Shown here: positions 38,156-49,649 of the stretch, one piece after another
Numbering within the stretch: the stretch's first letter is position 1
Layout of the letters: every line of letters starts with the position of its first letter
Assembly (NCBI GenBank): GCA_963514005.1
Contig: OY740781.1
Location: 113,584,001-113,648,000, forward strand
DNA length: 64,000 nt
Direction of reading: 5' to 3'
DNA from: Raja brachyura
Lineage: Eukaryota
Position numbers and translations under genes: made by a program
The notes under the pieces: model-generated
What the model saw: only the letters and a program-made list of their open reading frames with translations
Databases searched by the model: none
What the model was told of the DNA's origin: nothing

Positions 38156-39282
38156 GCGAAAAATAAATGAAAAAAAAACGCCTGCGGGCCGGATGATTTC
38201 GGGTTATGGGCCGGATCCGGTCGGTGGGCAGTAGGTTGCCGACCCCTGATCTAAATGCATGTATATCTTTTCCCTTGGAATACGGTCTGGTAACTTTCCA
38301 ACTACAGATGTTAAGCTCACTAACCTACAGGGAGGGTGCACGGCAGTTGAGGTCACGACCCGTGACCCGTACTGTTGCCATGCAACGCCTTCTCGAGTAC
38401 AAGCAGTGAACGTCAGGTAAGCACTTACTACCGCTGTCAGTGCAGCAGGCCCATCTTCTGTCCCAGCATCCAGACTCCACGCTGACTGGTTCCACACTCA
38501 CAGACCCCAAGCCATCTGTCCCCCCGTGTGGGGGTCGGGGGTGAATCATTCCGTGTGTCGTGTGTGGGTCGGGGTCTGGGGGTCAGTGAATCACCCCAGT
38601 GTGTGGGTCGGGGTCCGGTGCCGTTGCAGCGCGGTCAGTGACTCTGGGTGGGCGGAGGGACCAGACTGTCCCCAACTTTGCTGTAGCTGACGGGGACATC
38701 GGCGGGTTTATGGCCCCATGTGTCCGGGGCCCGGAGCCGCGGCCCCGCTCCTTGGCCCTGTGCGTGGGCGCTGTCGACCCACAGCCAGAGACAGAGCGGC
38801 CGCACAGGGGGGCTATCCGGAGGTATCTGCTCCATCAGGCGCTTACACCTTGATGCTGCATTGTACTACCCTGTGCATCACGCCCTTTGACCTTACGTGC
38901 AACCCACCTATAGTTCCCAGTATTTTCCCTGCAGTCTTTCATTTGCTGCCCTCCAGTCTTCGGGCACCTCTCCCTGTAAATTTCAACCAATTTCCTCTCT
39001 AGTTTCCCACAATGTCCTTATCTGTGATAATCTCATGTATGTTGCGCCGAATTACATTCATTCATTTCCACAGCACACGATTCATGTGTGCATTCGACTC
39101 AAAATATTTATCGTAGTTTGATTCTCCTCGGTTTGTAATTCCTCACAAAATTACGTTTGTCTTTCAAAATAAGGGTAATGAATGTACACTGTTTAATGTA
39201 GTTATGCACTGTAAAGACGCTTGTTATTGTCACAACGATGATATACAAATAAATAAGCTGTGTAGAAAAGAACTGCAGATGC

Positions 39283-40318
39283 TAGGTATGTTACAAAACT
39301 TACCTTTAGCGGTGCTGCAGTTCTGCCGCTGACCGTGTGCGCGACTTTGGGGCCTTACGGGGGGGGGGGGGGGGGGGGGGGGGGAGGGGGGGGGCAGGGT
39401 TAAAATGCGGTTTTCCCTTGCCATCCGGAGCTTTATTTTCTCGGAATGCGAGCTATTTCTGGAGATTTGTTCCGACTGCCGGTAAGTCAGTTTTTTTTAT
39501 AAATAGCCCGACTATTTCATCGCTGCAGTAAAATAAAAATTAGCTCCTAATGCCGTGAACGCCGACAACGGGGACGGATTTTACGTAGGGGACAGGTAAG
39601 TGAAAGCTGTTTATTTTTACATATAAATTTGCTTTTTTAGCGGACTTTAATCAATATTTCATGGTGCGAAATGGTGATTTAGCCCCCATATGAACTGGCA
39701 GAATTTTTCCTGACGATGTGGGGTTTAAATTCACTGCAACCGCAACGTTCTAATCCATCGCGTTCCAGAAAATCCCACTCGCAAGCTGTTTAAAATGCCC
39801 ATTAATTTACAGGCATTAAACACTGAATTCCTTCAATTTGGCCTATAAGTTAATGACAATTAGATTTAAAAATCATGTTATATTGTGAATTATTGTGTGA
39901 CTGTTAATTTCTTAAGAAATTGATAAATGTTTAGATCTAGTAATTGAATTTTGTAATTGGCTACAATTGGGTAACTAACTAATTATATGCTTTAATTTCA
40001 GGTCATCCAAGTAAGATTGTTTCATATTTGTTTCAGAATACTTCTATCTATAATAACTGAAAATTTCTTTCAGTTCTCTTAAATTTTAAGGAAGTTATGG
40101 GCTTTTGACTGTCGTTGATCAAAACCTTTGTGTTAAGTCAATAGAAAAGCAATAGGAAGCAAGTTGCTAATTTCCGAGTATGAAAATGGCCCTAACTTTT
40201 TTAATACTGAAGATATGAAAGTGAATTAGGTGTCAAATTAAACTTATTTTTATGCTTTATCTGATGGGATAAATTGCAGACTTGATTTTTAAAATCCCAA
40301 CATTTTGTAACATTGCTA
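39283..40318. mobile_element. Unclassified TIR DNA transposon (TAG...CTA), copy 1, 7-bp TSD CAGATGC
   Basis: TIR TAG(GT/CA)ATGTTACAAAA; TSD at 39276-39282 and 40319-40325; splits a Penelope terminal repeat. Confidence 0.88.
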
Positions 40319-40445
40319 CAGATGCTGGTTTAAATCGGAGGTGGACACAAAAAGCTGGAGTAACTCGCGGTACAAGCAGCATCTATAAAGTCAGCGTGCT
40401 TTGGTGAATGCAGCGGCAGACACGGCTTGCAAGCGCTGCCCTTAC

Positions 40446-40545
40446 CTGCAGCGACAAGTCCCAGGGCACGGAGCATGTGGCGCCCGCGTGCGGCGCCGAC
40501 GATGCCTCTGTCTAGTCCATGCCGCGCCTACCGAACAATGCACTA
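40446..40545 (-). other. TMEM150C: Putative first (5'UTR) exon of TMEM150C; TSS end approximate
   Basis: Strong donor CAG|GTAAGG at 40446/40445 inside a CpG-rich non-repeat island between SCD5 and TMEM150C. Confidence 0.6.
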
Positions 40546-40680
40546 TTGAGGGCGTCACCCGGCGCCAGCCAATCGGAGCGACTGGGAGCAAGGGGGCGGG
40601 TCCTGTGGGCAGCGCCCGTTGCCCGGCAACCCCGGGCCTGCAGGTTTGCAGGACGCCAGTCCCAGGCCGTGCACCAAGAT
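40546..40680 (-). promoter_or_regulatory. CpG-island promoter: half-CRE (40553-57), CCAAT (40569-73), GC box (40592-600), RFX X-box GTTGCCCGGCAAC (40618-30)
   Basis: Motifs read directly, clustered just upstream of the donor-bearing exon. Confidence 0.7.
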
Positions 40681-40689
40681 TAAATACCC

Positions 40690-41048
40690 TGGGTTACACA
40701 AAAAGCTGGAGAAACTCAGCGGGTGCAGCAGCATCTAAGGAGCGAAGGAGATAGGCGACATTTCGGGTCGAGACCCTTCTTCCTGTCCAAGTATATTTGA
40801 GTGACGGATGGAAGTTGGTGGTGAAATGGATGAAGTCAGTCAGTTGTGCGTGGGTGCAGAAGGTGACACCAAAGCAGTCGTCAATGTAACGGAGGTTACA
40901 TACCCTGTCTGTCTGTCTGAAGAAGGGTCTCGACCCGAAACGTCACCCACTCCTTCTCTCCCAAGATGCTGTCCATCCCGCTGAGTTACTCCAGCTTTTT
41001 GTGTCCACCTCCGGTTTAAACCAGCATCCGCGGTTCCTTCCTACACGT
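40690..41048. mobile_element. Penelope terminal repeats in inverted orientation with hammerhead motifs
   Basis: ctgaagaagggtctcgacccgaaacgtc at ~40917 and a partial reverse complement at ~40755-40782. Confidence 0.8.
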
Positions 41049-41519
41049 TGAATAGCCTTTTACTGCAACGGGAACGTCCCGCATTTCGCTGAAGATGGTG
41101 GTGAGCACGGCAATGCTTGGGCTGAAGGTGCACTCACTGGGCTGCTGGTGCCAGGGTTCTGACCCAGTAATGTTGATAACTGCACAACTCCTCATCCTTC
41201 TTTCGTGGGGTAGACTGACTCCCCTTCCCACCACCCCCAATCCCAACCTCCCCCCCCCATCCCCAATCCTTTCCACTTGTCACTTTAATTTCATTTCATG
41301 CATTTTGTTTGATGTTATGACCGTTGGCAGATTAATTTCCTTCTGGATAAATAAAGTTCTATTGTATCGTAAAACCGACATAGAATCAGATACCTTCTAT
41401 CTGAATTATATATCTTCATTTCGTCCATAATTTTAGATTGTATCTTCTTCCTAACTTCTCAATGCTGAACGAATGACTTTTTGATGTGATTTTGATCTCC
41501 TCCAGGCAGTGAGTGGTTT

Positions 41520-42770
41520 AGGTTTACGTTAAGTCAGGTATACTGAGGTCCAGTGAAAATCTTTGTTTTGCATGCAATCCAATTAAAATACGTAAATACA
41601 ATCAAGCTAAACTCAAGTGTAATAGGTAAAAGGAAAGATGCAGAGTGCAGAATTTAGTTGTGAAAACAACTAAACTAAACTAACATTCTGATTCAATGCT
41701 GAGAACTATAATTCTCAGCATTATAACAGAACAGTTCCAGAGACAAAGTCCAATGTCCGCAATGAGGTCGAAGAGAATTGAACTGTACCATAGCTTCTGG
41801 AAGAACCATTCAGAAGTTCAGTAACGGAGAAGAGAAAACTGTTCCCGAGTCTGATGGTGCACAATTCAAAGTTCTTGTATCTTTTACCGGACAGGAATGG
41901 GAGAAGGAATGACTGGGACGAATGAATGGGGAGAAGGTGAGAAAGATCTTTGATTATGTTGGCTGCCTTCCAGAGGCTGTGTGAAGTGTATAAGGAGTCG
42001 ACCACAGAAAATCTGGTCTGTGTGACTGACTGGGCTACATCCACAACTCTGCAATATCATGCAATCTTGGGTAGAGCTGTTGCCATACCAAACTGTAATG
42101 CAACCCGACAGTATGCTTTCTAAGGGTCTCGACCCGAAACGTCGCCTATATAAGTCTGAAGAAGGGTCTCGACCCGAAACGTCGCCTATCTCCTTCGCTC
42201 CTTAGATGCTGCTGCACCCGCTGAGTTTCTCCAGCCTTTTGTGTACCCCCAGTATACTTTCTATGTTGATGTGCCTTCTTGGCTGTCGCTTCAACTGTGA
42301 TCATTGGTGGTAATAATGCCAAGGAACTTAAAGCTCTCAACCATTTCCACATCATTGATGCCCATTGGGGCATGTACTTCACCATGGTTCCTCAAGTCGA
42401 CAACTAGCTCCTTCACCTTGTTGACATTGAGGGAGAGGTTGTTGGCCTTAAGCCATATTACTAAATTATCTTTCTCCTTTCTGTACTCATCTTGTCATTG
42501 TTCGTGATCCAGCCCATTGAAGTGGTGTAATGTGCAAACTTGTAGATGGAGTTGGAGCCAAATTTGGCCACACAGTTACGTGTGTATAGAGGGTGCAGTA
42601 GGAGACTGAGAACATATTCTTGCAGGGTACCAGTGTTGAAAGTTAATGTGGAGGAGGTGTTGTCGCCTATCCTTTCTGTGGTCTGTGGGTTAGAAAGTTG
42701 AGGATACAGTGGCAGAGGGGGTGCTGACTTCTTGTTCCAGGAATTTGGAGATTAATTTAAATAGGAAGGA
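41520..42770 (-). mobile_element. Rex1/Babar-like LINE 3' part, interrupted by a Penelope repeat (42121-42250)
   Basis: KAANIIKDLSH..LSGKRYK...RLGNSF C-terminus; KFAHYTT/ELVVDLR/FKFLG RT remnants. Confidence 0.8.
42156..42186 (+). ncRNA. Minimal type I hammerhead ribozyme motif (Penelope-associated)
   Basis: CTGAAGA-A-GGGTC-TC-GACCC-GAAA-CG-TC; a partial tandem copy lies at 42123-42147. Confidence 0.65.
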
Positions 42771-42788
42771 AGAGGAGCAGTATCTTTT

Positions 42789-42911
42789 ATGATACTGCTG
42801 TCTAAGGCCAATACACTGTCTAATGATACTGCTGTCTAAGGCCAATACACTGTCTAATGATACTGCTGTCTAAGGCCAATACACTGTCTAATGATACTGC
42901 TGTCTAAGGCC
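42789..42911 (+). repeat. 34-bp tandem repeat x3.6 (atgatactgctgtctaaggccaatacactgtcta)
   Basis: Units start at 42789, 42823, 42857 and 42891. Confidence 0.95.
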
Positions 42912-43226
42912 AGCAGTATCATAAAAGACCCCACACGTCTCCATCACGGACTGTTCACTCTGCTGCCCTCGGGAAAGAGATATCGCAGCATAAGAAGCAG
43001 AACATCAAGGTTCTGCAACAGCTTCTTCCCACGAGCCATCAGACTCCTGAATGCCATGTAATGGGCTGCCACCATTGTCTATTTATCCTTTTCATCCATG
43101 CCTATCCTTTGGTTAATTTATCGTGTTGCACAGGGAGCCAAATGCAACGTAATTTCGTTTGGAACTGCATATATCAATGTATTTCTAAATGACAATAAAG
43201 TTTGTTTGACTTGACTTTTGACTTGA
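42900..43226 (+). mobile_element. Rex1/Babar-like 3' fragment with (CTTGA)n tail
   Basis: ASSIIKDPT..HHGLFTLLPSGKRYRSIRSRTSRFCNSFFP. Confidence 0.8.
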
Positions 43227-43576
43227 GGAGGAATAATTGATAAATAGGACGCTAATGCTATGGGTGTCCTTGTGGTCTGAGTGTTCGAGAGATGAGTTTA
43301 GGGCCAGGGTGATGGCATCGGCTGTGGACCAGTGACGGCGGTAGGTAAATTGCAATGGATCAATGCTTCGGGGCACACTATTTTGAGTGGTTGTTCAGTG
43401 AAACAATTTTTCCACCTCAACCCCCATGTACTCTTTCCACCAATTAAGTTACTGCTTCTCTGACAAAGAAAATACCTCCATATTGTTGCCCTGTGTAGGC
43501 CTGTCATAATTTTATAAATTTCAGTTAAATCTCATTCAACCTCATTTGGTCTCTCAGAACAATAATTCTCACACTT

Positions 43577-43880
43577 GGGCGGCCACGGTGGCACAGTGGC
43601 AGAGTTGTTGCCTTACAGCTCTTGCAGCGCCGGAGACCCGGGTTCGACCCCGACTACGGGTGCTGTCTGTACAGAGTTTGTACATTCTCCCTGTGACCAG
43701 CGTGGGTTTTCTCCAAGATCTTCGGTTTCCTCCCACACTCCAGACATACAGGTATGTAGGTTAATTGGTTTAGTGTATGTGTAAATTATCTCTAGTGTGT
43801 GTAGGATAGTGTTAATGTGCGGGGATCGCTGGTCGCTACGGACTTGTAGGCCTGTTTACGCACTATCTCTAAAACGAAAA
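43577..43880 (+). mobile_element. HE1/V-SINE-like tRNA-derived SINE, near full length
   Basis: A box TGGCACAGTGG, B box GGTTCGACCC, central conserved body, CR1-like tail. Confidence 0.88.
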
Positions 43881-44051
43881 ACCTCAATTTCTTTAGAATT
43901 TTCTTCTGCACCTTCATTGCACTTCGTCCTACAGTACTGTAGCTATGACTCAACAAAGATACTGTACAGTTCTTGTATTCTATACCTTGGTTAATAAAAT
44001 CTTACATCTTATCAACCTGTCCATTTATGTCCGGGGAACCTGTAAATATAA

Positions 44052-44240
44052 TTGTTTAAGGAGGAACTGCAGATGCTGGAAAATCCAAGGTAGACAAAAA
44101 TGCTGGAGAAATGCTGTTTCGGGTCAAAACCCTTCTTCAGACTCAGATGTCTGAAGAAGGGTTTCGACCTGAAACGTTGCCTATTTCATTCGTTCCATAG
44201 ATGCTGCCTCACCCGCTGAGTTTCTCCAGCATTTTTGTCT
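44052..44240. mobile_element. Fold-back pair of Penelope terminal repeats with 14-bp flanking duplication
   Basis: acctgtaaatataa at 44038-44051 and 44241-44254; inverted hammerhead cores around 44150. Confidence 0.8.
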
Positions 44241-45104
44241 ACCTGTAAATATAACCTTGTTTTCTAGCTATCCTACCATTTAATGTGTATTCTTTGCCAT
44301 TCCAAATGCATTTCCTCACTCCTCTCCGATTTAAATCCTACTGCCACCAATATGCCTATGTAGCCAGTGTATTGATAATTTCTTGTACTTTCTCCACACC
44401 TTTCTCCCATGGGTCCCAAGGGCTTTTATTTCCTTCATCAAACTTCCACGTGGAACTGTATCAAAATATTGTTAAAATACGTGTATACCGCATCAAATAA
44501 TTTTGTCTGTCAGTAGTTCTTATTATTTCTAAAAATTCAATGGTTAGATTTGAACTTCCCTTTAACAAATCTATGCAAACTCACCTTGTTTGTCTTGTCT
44601 TTAAATGTTTTAACATTGAATGTCATATTCACCTTCCTTTGTGCTATCAATTTTTTTTCACTGATCATTGATTATCCACCACCACTGCCAACTTGAGCAG
44701 ATTATTGATCTCATAAAATGCTAAATGAACCTATTTTTAACTTAAAAAGGAATATGAAAAGAAACAATCAGGATGGGATAGAGCTGCTAAGAATGCGATA
44801 GATATAGCAGGACTGCAGAGCTTTTGATCTAGTCTATTGTGGGCCAGTCCTTATGATCTTGGGCCAAATGTGTGCTGAATAGGCCCCTTATCTGGATGAT
44901 TGCAGCTCCAACAGGATTCGAGAAACTCCCATAGTAATGGAGGGATCTGCACAATGTTCTCCAAGTGTAGTGCTAAAGAATATAGGATCTTCCTATGCAA
45001 CCAATCACATTAGAGTAAATGAATGGTGGGCTCAATTGTATGCGATTAGCTTAATGCTGATAAATGTGTTTGTGCATTAAATAAAACTGCTGTACCTTGT
45101 CTTT

Positions 45105-45685
45105 AGGGTAGACAAAAATGCTGGAGAAATTCAGCGGGTGAGCAGCATCTATGGAGCGAAGGAAATAGGCAACGTTTTGGGTCGAAACCCTTCTTCAGAC
45201 AGATGTGGGGGTGGAGGGGTGGGCGGGAAGAAGAAAGGAAGAGGTGGAGCCAGTAGGCAGAGAGAGAGAGAGCTGAGAAGGGGAGGGGAAAGTAGGGACT
45301 ACGTGAAATTGGAGAAGTCAGTGTTCATACCGCTGGGGTGCAAACTGCCCAAGTGAAATATGAGGTGCTGTTCCTCCAATTTACGGTGATCCTCACTCTG
45401 GCCATGGAGGAGGCCCACGATAGAAAGGTCGGATTCTGAATGTGAGGGGGAGTTGCAGTGCTGAGCCACCGGGAGATTGAGTTGGTTATTGCGAACCGAG
45501 CGGAGGTGTTCGGCGAAGTCTCACCGATATAGAGCATCTGACATCTAGAGCAGCGGATGCAATAGATGAGGTTCGAGGAGGTGCAGGTGAACCTCTGCTG
45601 CACCTGGAAAGACTGCTTGGGTCCTTGAAAGGAGTCAAGGGGGGAGGTAAAGCGACAAGTGTAGCATTTCCTGCAGTTGCAAAAC
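45105..45685 (-). mobile_element. Penelope-like GIY-YIG fragment plus terminal repeat
   Basis: CNCRKCYTC..NLIYCIRCSRCQMLYIGET; close to the 14176-14962 copy. Confidence 0.9.
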
Positions 45686-46360
45686 GTTCCTGATGTTGGG
45701 GGAGTCCAGAACCAGGGGTCACAGTTTAAGAATAAGGGGTAGGCCATTTAGGACTGAGATGACGAAAAACTTTTTCACCCAGAGAGTTGTGAATCTGTGG
45801 AATTCTCTGCCACAGAAGGCAGTGGAGGCCAATTCACTGGATGTTTTCAAGAGAGAGTTAAGGGCCTGTTTCACCTTCGCAACCTTTACAGGCGACTGCC
45901 AGCACCCGTGATAGGTCGCTGAAATTTTCAACATGTTGAAAATTCAGTGGCGACCAGAAAGATGCTACGACTCTTTGGAGATCTCTCACGACCATACAGG
46001 CTGCATGTTCGTGAGAGGCCTCCTATGGTCGTGAGAGGTCACCCACGACATGTTGCCAGGGGCGCCTGTATGGTCGTGAGAGGACTCCAAAGAGTCGTAG
46101 CATCTTTCTGGTCGCCACTGAATTCTCAACATGTTGAAAATTTCGGCTACCTATCACGGGTGCCGGCAGTAGCCTATAAAGGTTGCATAAGTGGGACAGG
46201 CCCTTTAGATTTATCTCCGTGGGCTAGCGGAATCAAGGGATATGGAGAAAAAGCAGGAATGGGGTACTGATTTTGGATGAACAGCCACGATCATATTGCA
46301 TGACGGTGCTGGCTCGAAGGGCTAAATGGCCTACTCCTGCACCAATTTTCTATGTTTCTA
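45686..46360 (+). mobile_element. CR1 3' fragment split by a Harbinger MITE
   Basis: MLGESRTRGHSL...FKREL | DLSPWASGIKGYGEK. Confidence 0.9.
45861..46204. mobile_element. Palindromic PIF/Harbinger MITE, TTA TSD
   Basis: AGGGCCTGT...ACAGGCCCT; TTA at 45858-60 and 46205-07. Confidence 0.88.
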
Positions 46361-47142
46361 AATAACTGGTTCAAGGACTGATCTCTTTGGTGTCTACTGA
46401 TTACAGGTTGCCAACCTGAAACATAACTCCTCCCTGTTATCCCTAATCACTGCTTCCAGCTAGTTGGCCTACACTAGATAGTATGATTAGTATCGAGTCA
46501 TACTAATATATCACCTCTGACACCATGAGCTTTTACCTTGCTATGTGACTTTTTTACGTGGTACCTTGTCAAATGCTTTTTGAAAATCCAAATATGCTCC
46601 ATTTGCTGACCATGTCAGTGACCTCCCTGCCATCAGAAACAAACATTATATTGCAACTTCTTGCAAATTGCAAAGATTATTGGGTGATCACGGAAAAAGA
46701 TTCAAGAATTTACTCAAGGACTCTGGAGAAATAAAGGGACACAATGGGTCAAGGCAGACAATGGGTTAAAGTGGACAGTAGGCAAAGGTAGATAAGCCCA
46801 AGATGTACTGTAAGATGATCCTCAAGGCTCAGTGAGTTGCCTCTCTGAAACGTGCTTCAAACTGTATTATACCAGTCTTGGTGACTAGTTGCAAGTAAAG
46901 TGACTTTAAGTGAGCCAAGGAGAAGGCAGACATGGGTTAGAGATTGTGGACGATCAGCCATGATCACAATGAATGGCGGTGCTGGCTAGGGCCAAATGGC
47001 CTTCTCCTGCACCTATTTTCTATGGAGATAAATTTACATCTTCATGAAGATGCTGCCTACAATGAAGGAGCATTGTAAGCAATGTAGATGGGTGTATTAA
47101 ATTACAGAGATATTAATAGATTTAATATATATAAGCCAGAGG

Positions 47143-47145
<3 letters not shown>

Positions 47146-47190
<45 letters not shown>
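47146..47190. repeat. (TA)n microsatellite
   Basis: Directly visible. Confidence 0.98.
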
Positions 47191-47192
<2 letters not shown>

Positions 47193-49649
47193 AACCAATA
47201 CAAGAAAGTCTCATCACAGAGAGATTAAATTTAGCAGTAAAATTCAGAGACTTAGATGATCTTAGATCTATCCATGTAGAAAGATCAGTAGAATGCCTTA
47301 GATAGGATAAACAAAAATGCAGACATCATTGAGGTTTAAAACAGAGCACCACGGCTACACAAAAAAACTGCTGGGCTACACTACAGGCATCAGATGTTGG
47401 GAAGAATATTTTGGCCTTGGAAAAAGTGCAAAATATGATTTTTTGATGGAAAAAAGAATGATGTTTGGCTCCAAATTACAAAGTGAGATTGCAAAAACGA
47501 GAATAATTTGCCCCGAATGTAGAGACGTTGGAGATGATCAGATTCCAGTTATCACATTCATGGAAGATGATGAGGTAGATAGTGTTGACAATTTCTATTG
47601 CAATTGGATGTCTTTCTTATTGAAGATGGTTACATCCTAGATGAACGGCCATAAATTTGTGCCAGCAGTACTTTGCTGCTATTTTATCACTTCAACACAC
47701 GTTTTGTCTGGTCTGAAGTATGTGGTGTTGTGTGGCATATTCAATCTCTCGTAGCAATTACAGAGTCTGAGAGCTGTACAGCATTGAAACAGGCCCTTGG
47801 CCCAACTCATCCACGCTGACCAAGTTGCCTAACTGAGATAGTCCTACATACTTGCATGTGGCCCAGATCCCTCCAAACCTTTTGTTGCAATGTACCTGTC
47901 CAAGTATCTTTTAACTGTTCCGATTGAACCCATTTCTACCACTTCTCTGATTCCCGGGTTTTTTTGTTTTATTTATTCAGGATATCAGAACAATGCTGGC
48001 AATGCCAGTATTTATTTTTCATCCCACATTGTTCCTGAACTGGGACAGCAGTTAAAAGTCACATAAAGGCACACTGGATATGGATGGCACATTTCCTTCC
48101 CAGAAAGACATGGCAGAATAACAACAATCCAACGTTTAGTCATTGTTACAGAGACTAGTTTTTGTTTATTCTAGATTTTATTTAATTAGTTGAATTTAAA
48201 TTCCCCAGCACCAAGATAAATGTTTTTCAGTGTACAATAAATCCAAGACAAATCTAGAGTAGTACCAATTAGTGTACCTGTCTTTTTGTGACCTCTCAAA
48301 ACTCACTGGCCCTGTTAACAGAGAAAGGTTTTGGGGGAAAAAGATGAACATTTGCAGCTAAATAGGAAAAACGAAACAGAAAATTATGAAACTATTCAGA
48401 TCAGCCACATCTGATGTGGAGAAAGGAAGAGTATTAACTTTTCCCAGTTCTGGCAAAAGGTCCACGACCTGCAATGCTAATTATGTTTCTTTCTTCACAG
48501 AAATTACCTGATATGCTAAGTATTTCTAGAACTTTCCTGGGATTATGAAGTCTCCTTTTCAAATTTGACTCACTTGTACTATTTTACATCTACTATGCCA
48601 TAACCTCCATGCTAGTCAACAGGTCCTTTACAAACCCAGATCCAATCCCAGTGCAGCCTGGTATCAAGCAAGGCTGTGTCACACTCCTCACGTTTTCCTT
48701 GCTGCAGTGCAACATCCCACCTCCAACTGGCTTCCACAATGAATTAATTCAATCTGCAGGATGAGGAAGAAATGTAAACTTTTATCTTCATCACTCCAGA
48801 ACAAAGATTACTGCCCAGGTGACACTTGCATACCTAAACTAAACATTGTTGTCCCTTCATTAAAGAGACATTCCCTACATTGAATATACGAGAAGGCAAA
48901 CAACTGCATCCCTCTGACAATCAAAGTCCATTGCAAGACCCAAGTAACTCAAGGTCACTTGCCATACAATGTATTTGGGGAGCCACTTTTCAGCAAAGGC
49001 AGATGTCAGTAAACAAATTCATCTCTGCCTCCAATGACTGCATCAGTGAAAACTATGGTCAACTGCACCACATTCATGGATAATAGAGAAGCAACGATCC
49101 TTGCTCTGAAAACTGTTGTGGGAAAAACTGAGTTGGCACTCATAAAGCAATAAAACAATAATTCTACTGTGGGCTTAGTCACAAGCAAGCGAGGATATTC
49201 CCAAAGTCTTCTTGGAAAAAAATGAAATATCCTCACTGACCTGTGGGAATCCCTAGCTCATAACCATTCAGAACACAGGACAATCCAAGAAGCCACACAA
49301 TACCCGGGTTTCCACAACAGGATTATGCTGAAGGCGAGCATGTCATAATTTTGCACTTAAATACAAGATAATTCTCACACATCTGAAATGCCCAATCAAA
49401 CTACATCTGAACATTAGAATAATAGGAACAGAGTCATCCGCCTGGCACAGCATTTGCAGATTGCAACACACAACTGGCCCTAACAATGCTGCATAGTCCT
49501 TTCTTGGTGAATGTCTGAGGATGCACCTTCATTTGGATAGCTGCCCAGAAACACCTTTGAACTTTTTCCATCAGAAAAATATGAATATTCAGTCATTTAT
49601 ATTAAAGGCTGAGATTCATACATTTTTGAACACAATGTTAATCAGAGGA

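Larger units (their letters stand above)
32613..38248. mobile_element. hAT (Charlie-like) non-autonomous element hosting the DIRS1
   Basis: Perfect 16-bp TIR CAGGGGTCGGCAACCT; 8-bp TSD ATCTAAAT (32605-32612, 38249-38256). Confidence 0.93.
32510..38330 (-). mobile_element. CR1 RT fragment split by the hAT/DIRS insertion (pieces 32510-32612 and 38249-38330)
   Basis: RLVSLTSVVGKL..REKIYMHLD | GLIRNSQHGFVRGRSCLTNLIE is continuous across the insertion. Confidence 0.85.

Noticed and set aside
40401-40754. 117-aa plus-strand ORF over the CpG island
   Set aside because: No homology recognised, ends in a Penelope repeat; the splice signal points to minus-strand transcription
42789-42911. CRISPR-like periodic repeat
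   Set aside because: Units are identical with no unique spacers; eukaryotic context with no cas genes
43577-43660. tRNA gene
   Set aside because: A/B boxes belong to a SINE head followed by SINE body and tail
47300-47660. 107-aa ORF
   Set aside because: Appears to be a very old CR1 C-terminal remnant; no evidence of a host gene
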